Assembly: GCA_012295275.1 (NCBI GenBank) | Contig: CM022670.1 | Span: 30,690,001 to 30,754,000 of the forward strand | Length of the DNA: 64,000 nucleotides | From: Chrysomallon squamiferum | Taxonomy: Eukaryota; Animalia; Mollusca | Direction: 5' to 3' | In this document: positions 56,001 through 64,000 of the stretch, piece after piece | How positions within the stretch are numbered: position 1 is the stretch's first letter | How the letters are laid out: each line of letters opens with the position of its first letter | Translations under genes and position numbers: made by a program | Notes under the pieces: generated by a model | Told to the model about the DNA's origin: nothing | Seen by the model: only the letters and a program-made list of their open reading frames with translations | Databases searched by the model: none

Positions 56001-59000
56001 ATTTGCTCGTATATCAAATCAATTTTCCCAAATGAAATTATTGAAATATTATTAATCCGTTTCAGCCACCAAAAAACCACCCCAGTTTTTTGTAATGTGT
56101 TTTTAAATAAGAAAAAAGTATTTATAAATGACAGATATTGTATAAAAACAAAATAAAAGGGAATGTAAAGAAATAAATTGGTTTTGTAAAGTGTACATGG
56201 TCAGGGTTTTTCCATCTTTTCATGGACAGAGACCCGCAGATTAGAAATAATATAATGCCTTTCGCTGGAGCTGTAGCTTTTATAGACTCCTTCTGCTTCA
56301 GTATGGTATCCTCTTACTGCCTAGCCAAGTCGACTACACGCACACCTTGCACATTTTTCTATGATTTCATGCTTTAATTCAATAGACATCATCCGCTTCT
56401 TCTTCTCAGCACTATTCTTTGCACTCGTTTTCTTAGGATCCTTGGTCATGGATCCATGGAAATGTGGCAAAAAACTGCATAAAACGCAGCACAACACAAC
56501 AGAGATGCTTTCACACAACAGAGATGCTTTCGCAACTCAAAGCATAAAATCGGCCGTTGGTGCACTCGTAAATCAAGTACCACTGTATAAGTATTTCAAA
56601 GAATGAAATATATTTTATACAGTCATATGGCATACATTCATAAACACATACACATACCATATGTCTATAATATATATTATTTGTAGAATGTAGCAGAAAA
56701 AATTACAATTATTTATTTTTCATAAATTAATTCACTGATATACTTTTTTATTTGACGTTCAATAACAATTTATATACCTTTCTATTTTTTTAATTTTAAT
56801 AGCATTTTATAAAATATTTATTGTTTGACAATCAATAGCAATATATATATATTTTATATTGTTTGTTATCTACTACAATTTATATACTTCTATTATTTGA
56901 AATTCAGAAGCAATTTATATATTTGTATTGCTTGACAGTCTATAGCAATTTATATACTTTTTATTGTTTGACATCCAATAGCAGTTATTGTTTTACATTC
57001 AATAACAATTCATACCTTTTTTCTCTCGTTAGACATTCAGTAACAATATATATACTTTTTCATTTGTTTGACATCCTGTAGCAGATACTTTTATTCCTTT
57101 TCAGTGTATATGCTTATGTGTGTTCGTATGCATGTGTTGGTATATCGTGAAACATTCACTCACTAGTTGCTTGCTGTATTTAAAAAAATACAAAGAAACT
57201 GCAGAAAACGTTTAAATATAATATTATTTAATATTTATTTTCTCAGTTTCGTCCTTGGTATATGGTTTCGTTGTGGATTATCACTGTGTACAGTGGTCTT
57301 AATGTAATCAAAGAAATAATACAAGTCTTTAGACAGGTTTGTAATTTAAGTCTAGTATCAGCAATTTTCGTTTTTTGGGGGCTTTTTCGTCTCGTTTTAT
57401 AATGACTGACTGTGACTTTTGCGAAAGGAATCCCTTTCATTGTGATGGCTATAATTTTATCGATGTTAGAAATTCCTTTAGAGTGCGTATGTGTATGCTC
57501 GTGTGTGTTTGTGAGAAAGAGAGAGAGAGAGAGAGCGTCTATTATAATTTGCATATTTGTCTTGTTTTGCCTACGAATACCTTTTTATAAGAACACATAA
57601 CAATAAAAACAAGAGTATAATAATAAGTATCAGGTTTTTATTAACAATGATAAACAATTCTTTTTTTTTTTAATCCTTCATTCAGTCTGAGATGACAAAC
57701 AATAATAATTCTACATGTATTTACAAAACACCACATACTATTATATTACTGATCGGTATATTTATAGTAAAACAAATTCTTCGAATAACAATTATTTATT
57801 CGTAATTTCAGAAAGTTAGATACTTCGTCGAAGTTCAGAACTTGCTTCAGTCTGCTCTGTACACATTGTCAATGTTGTTTGCAGCTCCTTTTCTTTTTGG
57901 AATGTCTTTTCATTGGCAGTGGGAAGCAGGAGCCGTAGTGATATTCCTCGCATGGTTCAATGCAATGGTATTTTTACAACGGTATGATTAATATTAAGAC
58001 ATTTGTTTCTTATAGTCATATTTGCCACATCTTAAACGTATACCTAAAGTGTTTATGAGATTTAATTACCTTTTATTATTAACATCTTTTAGCGACTTAT
58101 CACTAAAGATTTTTATTATAACTATATTAATTTAATTGTGCAATATATGAATTGTATGTTTAACGATTTTAAAATGATTTCATTGATTCAGGTTTGATTT
58201 TTTCGGGATCTACGTCGTGATGTTTCTGGAGATTTTACGCACATTGTTTCAAGTTTTGTGTGTATTTTCTATTCTGATTATCGCCTTTGGTCTTGCATTC
58301 TTCATGTTGCTAAATCAAGAAGTAATTATAAGCTAATTTGAAATCTTATTTAGAAATCAGTCTAGATAATTATAAATAGGTCTGTGAGATATTTCAAGAG
58401 AGGAGTCACCTGTACTTTGAAATGCAGAAAATATATTTCTAAAAGAAGTAATTTTAATGAATAATGAATAAATATATGAGTGTATTTGTATGTATGTGTG
58501 TAGTTGCATGTATAAGTTGTGTTTGTGTGTGCGTCTCTGTTTATTTTGATGTATATGTATACATTAATATGTGTCTAAATGTGTATGTTTGAATGGATCT
58601 TGAGCTTTTTTTACTTTGAATATCTTCATTTAACAAATGAGCTATAAATTGCCTTTATTTTCTGTTTAACAATAATTATAAATAATTTTTGGAAGGAGAG
58701 CAAAGCATTCCAGAATCCAGGCATGGCCTTGCTCAGAACGGCTACAATGATGTTAGAACTTGACTATATGAACTCGTTCAATGCTCCATACACAGATGAC
58801 TCGGATGAGACCCTTCATTTCAGTAATCTGACCCTGGCCTTCCTTGCCATCTTTATACTGCTGATGCCAATACTTCTTGTTAATTTGCTTGTACGTACAA
58901 AAACATAAGTATATACTGCCTAGTGCGTATATGTTTCTATTTTTATACATGTGTGTGTGTATGTGTGCATGTGTTTGTGGAGGAATGATGGATGTATGGA

Positions 59001-60832
59001 ATATGTATCTATATATTTCTGAAAGGATAGATGTTTGGATTTAAAAAGGTATGTAGGTATATGTATGTTTGTATGTATACATATATGCACTTATATATAT
59101 ATATATATATAATATATATATAGAATATATATATGTATGTATGCATGTATGTAATATTGTGTATAAGCATGTGTGTATGAGTGTACGTATATAATATTAT
59201 GGATTTATAATTCTGAATATCTATATCTCTGTGTGAATGTGAACATGTTTAATCTACGCATTAGATATATAGCTACACTGAAGCCTATTTTATTAAAATG
59301 TTTATGCTGGATCTATATTATCAATTAGTGATGAATACAAAATAAAAATATATTTATAATATTTAATTAAATTTTAAATTTATAGACTGGTTTGGCTGTT
59401 GGTGATATCGCTGCTGTTCAAAGAGATGCTCAGCTCAAGAGACTAGCTATGCAGGTAAGACAGCTTATGTTATACCTTATTAATTCCATGACAATTATGT
59501 AATAATATGTATTTAAACGTTAATTTTCTTTAAAAGTTAAACACAGCAGATTTCATATCAGTCGTAAAATAGCCAACAAATGTTCAGCAAAGATTAAATA
59601 ATCTTAACAGTTATTTAGTTCGTTATAGATATAAATTCTGCTTTGAACATTTTATATTTATTATAGTCGGCCCTGTTTATTTTCTCTTATTTTAATTTTC
59701 GATTTGCTTCACTTCGCACAGGTTGAATTTTATACAGATCTGGAACGTAAAATGCCATCACGTTTATTGGCGAGATTACACCGAATGACACAGAAGATAT
59801 ACCCAAACAAAAGTGCCAATACGTTACATGATGTAATATTGCTTTATTTGATTCATTTTATAACGTATTGATATAATAATATACAAATAAGTAAAATTGT
59901 CTTTTTGTTACTGTAGTCTTTTCTTTTTCTATTTTGTTTTTATTTGCATGTGAGGAATATTAAACAAAAGTTGTTATACTGTTGTTGTTGTTTTTTATTC
60001 AGCTGTGGACCAAAGTAACAAACGACACTGAAGAAGAATCGTCAGGTCCTCACGAAGATTTGACAGACAGTTCCCAGCTTTTTAGTGAGATACAAAAACA
60101 AAAGAAAAGGTAATTTTTAGATGTGCAAATAACAAGATAAACTATGTTTCGTACTTCAAACTCAGCTAAAGCGTTTGCAGTTTTTTTTTTTTTATTTCTA
60201 CTGTTGTTCTTATCCCTCTATTTCTTCTTTTTTATAATGTCTCATTGCTGCCTCTGCTACAGCTTCTTCAATAACTACTACTACTAGCTGCTGGTAATGG
60301 TGTTACTATTTATACTACTACGATTACTGCTAGCACTATTTCTATCGCTGTTATTTCTACTACTATTACGACTACGACTACTATTTCTACTGCGACTATT
60401 ATACATCTACGATTACTACTACTGATACTACTACTGTTGCTGCTGACATCATCACTATCCATTATGACCGTATCATCATCATCATCAACAACAACAACAA
60501 CAACAAAACAACACACAGCAAACAAATTATTTGCTACATATGTATACTCAAAATGAGTATATAAAGAAAAACTTAATTCTTCGTCATTATTACATTGTAG
60601 AATTAAAGAGATGAGCAAGTCTATTGACAAATGCCATGAACTGCTGCGTCTGGTTGTACAGAAACTGGAGATACAGACAGAAGAGGACGTCTGGGATGAA
60701 GGGATTCGTTCTGCGGACAGCGTCGACTCCATCATTCACACAAGTCATACGCTAGGTGCTAGCGTTTTTCGACAGACAGCGGCTCTGTCAAAGTGGAAGA
60801 GGAGTGTCAATCTTAAGCAAATAGATGAATGA
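35763..60832 (+). CDS. TRPA1: TRPA1 ankyrin transient receptor potential channel; whole gene span, 25 coding exons, 1172 aa
   Basis: Manually spliced exons join in frame from ATG 35763 to TGA 60830-60832 (3519 nt). Many TPLH-type ankyrin repeats, linker LQCP, pre-S1 LSHPLCVSFLNAKW, LQRFDFFGIYVVMFLEIL, S6 ILLMPILLVNLLTGLAVGDI, TRP-like LKRLAMQVE and C-terminal LLRLVVQKLEI, all TRPA1 hallmarks. Confidence 0.97.
36000..36200 (+). repeat. Degenerate ~23-bp tandem array derived from the intron-1 donor
   Basis: About 8-9 units of consensus GTAAGTCATYTNTATAAAATACC. Confidence 0.75.
42573..42729 (+). CDS. TRPA1: TRPA1 exon 2 (LAGTGDIKEF...APVHVAAVKGQINILEFIAMHGG)
   Basis: ttttcag acceptor, G|GTAAAA donor, ankyrin motif, phase 0 to 1. 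Confidence 0.95.
43279..43454 (+). CDS. TRPA1: TRPA1 exon 3 (DFDIQNKQGNTALHLAV...NSLK)
   Basis: tttcag / AAG|GTACGT, two ankyrin motifs, phase 1 to 0. Confidence 0.96.
43794..43901 (+). CDS. TRPA1: TRPA1 exon 4 (ALLQHDQVDVNLPGESGFTPLHYC...)
   Basis: ttccag / GTGAGT, ankyrin. Confidence 0.96.
45033..45141 (+). CDS. TRPA1: TRPA1 exon 5 (LEYGAKPCMKCDFGFYAIHAAAK...)
   Basis: ttacag / GTATGT, phase 0 to 1. Confidence 0.96.
47439..47584 (+). CDS. TRPA1: TRPA1 exon 6 (SETLGYSR...NIALHSAVNGGNIKAVQICLEAGAPVNALQ)
   Basis: aacag / CAG|GTAAAT, phase 1 to 0. Confidence 0.95.
47966..48154 (+). CDS. TRPA1: TRPA1 exon 7 (DDRSTPVHFAC...MTPLHRAALFNH...LLEK)
   Basis: ttttcag / GTAAGC, ankyrins. Confidence 0.96.
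48372..48569 (+). CDS. TRPA1: TRPA1 exon 8 (GADVNAKDCQGRTPLLLSAS...NRNFLH...FED)
   Basis: ttttag / GTAAGT, ankyrins. Confidence 0.96.
48690..49030 (+). repeat. Degenerate ~50-60-bp tandem array derived from the exon-9 acceptor junction
   Basis: Recurrent TTCTGATAAT...GAAGAAAATTA units; the last copy is the true acceptor. Confidence 0.65.
49015..49178 (+). CDS. TRPA1: TRPA1 exon 9 (LVKKHMNEKDDYGCTPLHYAC...SPFHLAAK)
   Basis: tttcag / GTATGT, phase 0 to 2, conserved NEKDDxGCTPLHYAC. Confidence 0.96.
49753..49917 (+). CDS. TRPA1: TRPA1 exon 10 (YGRFNTCKRLL...KKGAVFAK)
   Basis: ttccag / GTACGT, phase 2 to 2. Confidence 0.96.
49993..50198 (-). mobile_element. Degenerate tRNA-derived SINE remnant (possible)
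   Basis: Minus strand TTAGTGAATAG...GGTTTAATTCT has A/B-box-like spacing; tail GGTGTCGTTAAACAA resembles mollusc SINE 3' ends (recalled). Confidence 0.35.
51265..51349. repeat. (TC)n microsatellite in intron 10
   Basis: Directly visible. Confidence 0.95.
51655..51769 (+). CDS. TRPA1: TRPA1 exon 11 (DYESNSALHYAAMNGY...NVKG)
   Basis: ttttcag / GTAAGT, phase 2 to 0. Confidence 0.96.
52964..53035. repeat. (CTT)n(ATT)n microsatellite abutting the exon-12 acceptor
   Basis: Directly visible. Confidence 0.95.
53039..53205 (+). CDS. TRPA1: TRPA1 exon 12 (ETALHAAAKNG...VVDHDR)
   Basis: atcag / AG|GTAAAT, phase 0 to 2. Confidence 0.95.
53581..53665 (+). CDS. TRPA1: TRPA1 exon 13 (WEDVMNTCSGPFGCPMLGLIKQLPEVCM)
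   Basis: ttcacag / GTAAGG, cysteine-rich linker. Confidence 0.95.
53984..54043 (+). CDS. TRPA1: TRPA1 exon 14 (AVLDRCQQQSVHDTKSKDYY)
   Basis: aacag / GTAAGT, VLDRC motif. Confidence 0.93.
54420..54515 (+). CDS. TRPA1: TRPA1 exon 15 (VEYNYKFLQCPMEY...PMLLLN)
   Basis: ttccag / GTAATT, EYNxKxLQCP motif. Confidence 0.95.
54907..54977 (+). CDS. TRPA1: TRPA1 exon 16 (VMVKNGRVECLSHPLCVSFLNAKW), GC donor
   Basis: tctcag acceptor; only TG|GCAAGT gives an in-frame join to exon 17. Confidence 0.92.
55310..55572 (+). repeat. Degenerate (AATGT)n pentanucleotide repeat
   Basis: aatgt/gatgt/aatgc periodicity. Confidence 0.8.
55669..55840 (+). CDS. TRPA1: TRPA1 exon 17 (S1: NDYGKYFCTLYLFIYMAYLGLLTAFVV...GYK)
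   Basis: ttgcag / AAG|GTTTGT, hydrophobic S1. Confidence 0.9.
55820..55901 (+). repeat. 41-bp tandem duplication spanning the exon-17 donor
   Basis: AACTGTTATAAAGGATATAAG(GTT/CTG)TGTTTTAGGATTGTATA x2, two mismatches. Confidence 0.95.
55946..56585 (-). mobile_element. Internally deleted Tigger/pogo (Tc1-mariner) DNA transposon in TRPA1 intron 17
   Basis: TA|CAATGGTACCTTGACTTAC at the left end and TA|CAGTGGTACTTGATTTACG (reverse complement) at the right end give TIRs with a TA TSD. Minus-strand DPKKTSAKNSAEKKKRMMSIELKHEIIEK resembles the Tigger transposase N-terminal HTH. Confidence 0.88.
56740..57095 (+). repeat. Degenerate ~37-bp minisatellite
   Basis: Units like TATATACTTTTTATTGTTTGACATTCAATAGCAATT. 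Confidence 0.7.
57247..57336 (+). CDS. TRPA1: TRPA1 exon 18 (S2: FRPWYMVSLWIITVYSGLNVIKEIIQVFRQ)
   Basis: tctcag / CAG|GTTTGT, KExxQ motif. Confidence 0.94.
57812..57981 (+). CDS. TRPA1: TRPA1 exon 19 (S3-S4: KVRYFVEVQNLL...QWEAGAVVIFLAWFNAMVFLQR)
   Basis: tttcag / GTATGA, phase 0 to 2. Confidence 0.96.
58192..58321 (+). CDS. TRPA1: TRPA1 exon 20 (S4-S5 linker and S5: FDFFGIYVVMFLEILRTL...AFGLAFFMLL)
   Basis: attcag / GTAATT, phase 2 to 0. Confidence 0.97.
58696..58890 (+). CDS. TRPA1: TRPA1 exon 21 (pore helices, filter, S6)
   Basis: AAG|GAG tandem acceptor (start 58696 or 58699), GTACGT donor; LLRTATMMLELDY...FILLMPILLVNLL. Confidence 0.94.
59386..59454 (+). CDS. TRPA1: TRPA1 exon 22 (TGLAVGDIAAVQRDAQLKRLAMQ)
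   Basis: tatag / CAG|GTAAGA, S6 end and TRP-like helix. Confidence 0.97.
59722..59832 (+). CDS. TRPA1: TRPA1 exon 23 (VEFYTDLERKMP...YPNKSANTLHD)
   Basis: cacag / GTAATA, LERKxP and YPNK motifs. Confidence 0.94.
60003..60109 (+). CDS. TRPA1: TRPA1 exon 24 (LWTKVTND...EIQKQKKR)
   Basis: attcag / AG|GTAATT, start of coiled coil. Confidence 0.92.
60601..60832 (+). CDS. TRPA1: TRPA1 exon 25 (IKEMSKSIDKCHELLRLVVQKLEIQTEEDVWDEG...stop)
   Basis: ttgtag acceptor, coiled coil, acidic cluster, TGA. Confidence 0.96.
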
Positions 60833-61598
60833 AGGAAACAATAAAGAATTCAAGTTTTAAACTATTTTTAACATTTTTGTTTGTTTCTTCCGCTGGAACC
60901 TTGTAATATACGTGTGCTGCTGTTATCATTGCGATGTTACCTCATAATTAACATTTATTACATTTATTGATATTTACGACGACTGTTTGCAAATTCTACC
61001 TTTTGTTTATATCATTCCTTGAATCCGTTCTGTTTTCCAGTTCAAAATTTCAACTGATTTGTTCTTTTAAACATTTTGCTTTATACCGATGTGTGATTTT
61101 ATTATTTTATTTTTTTATTTTTTTATTTTTTTTTTCACAAGGTAAAAGAAAGTGGGTGAATTATTGCAGATTTTATTGTGATTTTATTGTTAACAAAGTT
61201 CCCTGTTTGTGTCGAATATTATGACATTTAACGTTTCCCTAAATACCTCAAATTCACGATAAAAAGTGAGTATTTACTGAATATATTTTCATTTTATCGT
61301 CTTTGAGCCAAATGAGAGAACACATACGTAAATTTCTACATTATAGAAAAAATACATTTCACGTACAGCAAGGATTTGGTGATGATAGAAACGTCGTGGA
61401 ATGTAACACATGGCTGGTAATGCCCGAGGCCAATTCCTTTATTGTATGCCCCAAAGAATCAAGGCTAAATCCTAGTACAGAGAAATATTATGAGAAAGGA
61501 AGATATTTTGAATATGTACACATAGATGAAACATAAAAAAGACACTTTATTCAGTTTGAGTATAAATCAGCCAAATTTATTAAGTTCTTTTTTCAAAT

Positions 61599-61664
61599 TG
61601 GATCCCCCCCCATTTGGATGCACGCGGCCATCGCCCCTTCACACATCCCCGCTGCACGCCACTG
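61599..61664 (-). mobile_element. GC-rich terminal fragment of a non-autonomous DNA element
   Basis: Reverse complement CAGTGGCGTGCAGCGGGG...GGGGCGATGGCCG is typical of a MITE terminus; partner end not found. Confidence 0.35.
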
Positions 61665-61817
61665 AATGTAATGAAGTGTAGAACTGAAGAAGCAGATAGT
61701 CAATGTTCCCAGTAAAAACTGAACTTTTTAAAAACCAGACCTAACGCACGAACAATTGTAAATATCTGTCCGTATTTTTTATTTTCTGCTTTATTTTATT
61801 TTTTTTATTTATTTATT

Positions 61818-61912
<95 letters not shown>

Positions 61913-62383
61913 TATGGTAATTGTTTTCTTTTGTTTTATTACTGTTAACTGCACAGCTAGGTACTAGCACTGAAAAACGATAGATTTATGCATAATTACC
62001 GTACTATATTATTAATATTATATGCATTATTATTACTATTATTATTGTTGTTGTTGTTGTTATTATTGTTATTATTTATTTATTTATTTATATATGCATT
62101 TCATTTCTTATGTTATAAATTTATCCTAATACAAATTTGTAAGATAAACATTATGTATATGCAGACGAAAAAGATCAATATCGTGCATTGTAAAAGTATA
62201 TATTACCCATTTAGAATTATAAAGTATTTGCTCATATATAATTACAAATATGTTTTCCCATGTATATCTTATTTATTTCACTTAGGCATATTGTTGTACT
62301 GAAAATAAATCCGTCCGTGCATAGAATATATGAATATTTAATAAAAAAAATAAAAAAAAAAAAAAATAAAAAATAAATAAATA

Positions 62384-62451
<68 letters not shown>

Positions 62452-62988
62452 TATTTTAAATATGAAATCATTTATTTCATCAATTTATTTTTATTATTCT
62501 ACATTTATACATGTCTGGACTAACATTATCCTCGTGTTACAAAATATAATATCACCTTGTGTATTACTCATTTTATAAAATAGAACATAACTAATTAATT
62601 GACTAATTTTCTATATTATAATCTGGAAATATTCATGGATTCCGCTCAGAAACTTTACTAAATTTAATGTTATTTTTGGGGAATTATATATAATTTATTT
62701 TATATTTTCATATTAATATATGTGTATTGCATTTCATTTTGATTTCTTCATACTTATGTTTAATCACTGCATATAAAGGTTTGCACAGAATATCTACTTT
62801 ATATTTCTATATAGTTTAATACCATAAATGTTTCATATTATTTTCAGTTTTTATTTCAAGGTGTACTAATAACCTCAAATAAACATATAAATGTTATTAG
62901 TAAAGCGCACAATTTAAGCTGTCGTATACACTTTTAAAACAAAAAAAAAAAAAAAAAAAATAATAATAATAATAAAATAATAAATAAA

Positions 62989-63038
<50 letters not shown>

Positions 63039-63253
63039 TTAGGAACAATATTGTAAAATACACCGTCATTTTATCCCTTTATAACCGGCATTCTGAAGTT
63101 ATCTCTTAGGCCTGTATGATAGTCTGGTAACTATATTTTCCTGGCAACTCTAGAACTAACTATATGAAATTGGTGGTGACTAAATATTTTAAAAGCTAGG
63201 TGTTTTGTTGGTATTAATTAAGATTGTATCGAAAAACAAAACAAATCAAAATT

Positions 63254-63309
<56 letters not shown>

Positions 63310-64000
63310 CAATAATAAAACTTCAGAAAAATAAAATAAAAGTAATTAAAAAAAAAAGTATGACTTAGAAAGAATATGGAATATATTATGTATAACTCAA
63401 TAACTTTAATGAGAAGTACCATCATATACGTAAGGCTAGTGAATTCCCGTTCTGCTAAATGATTTCTTCTTTCGCAAGGTATGCAATTTATGCTTATAAT
63501 TCCAGAGATCAAATGAAAAATTGCTTACTCTAGTTTCATGTAATATCCACTTAAATTCAGCTCACAGACATACCTAGTAACACCTTACACGTTTAAAATC
63601 AAAGCATAATCTCTGCTTATTCTTTATGATTCTACTTCTTTTTTTTTTTTTTTCTTTTTTTTCCTCTGGGAGTTGGTGGTCAAATAATTTGTTCGTCTTT
63701 TGTCCTCTTTTGTCTTGTTTTTTCTTTTTTTGTTGTTGCGAGTTTTTGTTGTTTTGTGTCGAGTTTTTGTGCTATTGTCGCTTTAGTCTATTAGCTTGTG
63801 TTTCATTTTTTTACCTTTCCTATAATTTGTTTTTTTTCTATCGCTTTTATTTTTTATCTATTTATTTATTTAATTATTCATTTTATTATTTTTTCTCTCA
63901 TTTCCAGAGGTTGTTCTGTTTTTTTATTATTTCGTTTTTGTTTTCTAAATATGATGCTAATTTTGTTTCTTTTGAAAAGAAAATTGTATGTATAAGCCAT

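Noticed and set aside
56740-57095. ~37-bp periodic repeat as a CRISPR array
   Set aside because: Eukaryotic intron; degenerate tandem units without unique spacers; no cas genes.
60840-60845. AATAAA just after the TRPA1 stop as the poly(A) signal
   Set aside because: Only 7 nt after the stop, and the hexamer is very common in this AT-rich DNA; the 3' end cannot be assigned.
61303-61536. 77-aa ORF downstream of TRPA1
   Set aside because: TTG start, no recognisable domain or splice context; probably 3' UTR or intergenic.

Overview
AT-rich, microsatellite-dense eukaryotic DNA. The composition and repeats suggest a mollusc, probably a cephalopod, but that is inference. The right half holds one complete plus-strand TRPA1 channel gene, reconstructed by hand as 25 coding exons (35763-60832, 3519 nt CDS, 1172 aa) with consistent splice phases: ankyrin repeats, cysteine linker, S1-S6, TRP-like helix and coiled coil. 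It has a GC-AG intron, a pore filter lacking the usual Gly (MML-ELDY) and Thr at the lower-gate Ile. The left 35 kb contains no complete gene. It does carry two minus-strand exons (23622-23389 and about 5367-5128), and possibly a third degenerate one near 26.2 kb, that are homologous to TRPA1 coding exon 1. The two clear ones end at the same phase-0 donor, and I found no ankyrin exons between them. This points to an array of alternative promoters and variable N-terminal exons for a head-to-head TRPA1 paralog whose body would lie left of the window. Also present: a Tigger/pogo remnant, a MITE, tandemly amplified splice-site repeats and many microsatellites.
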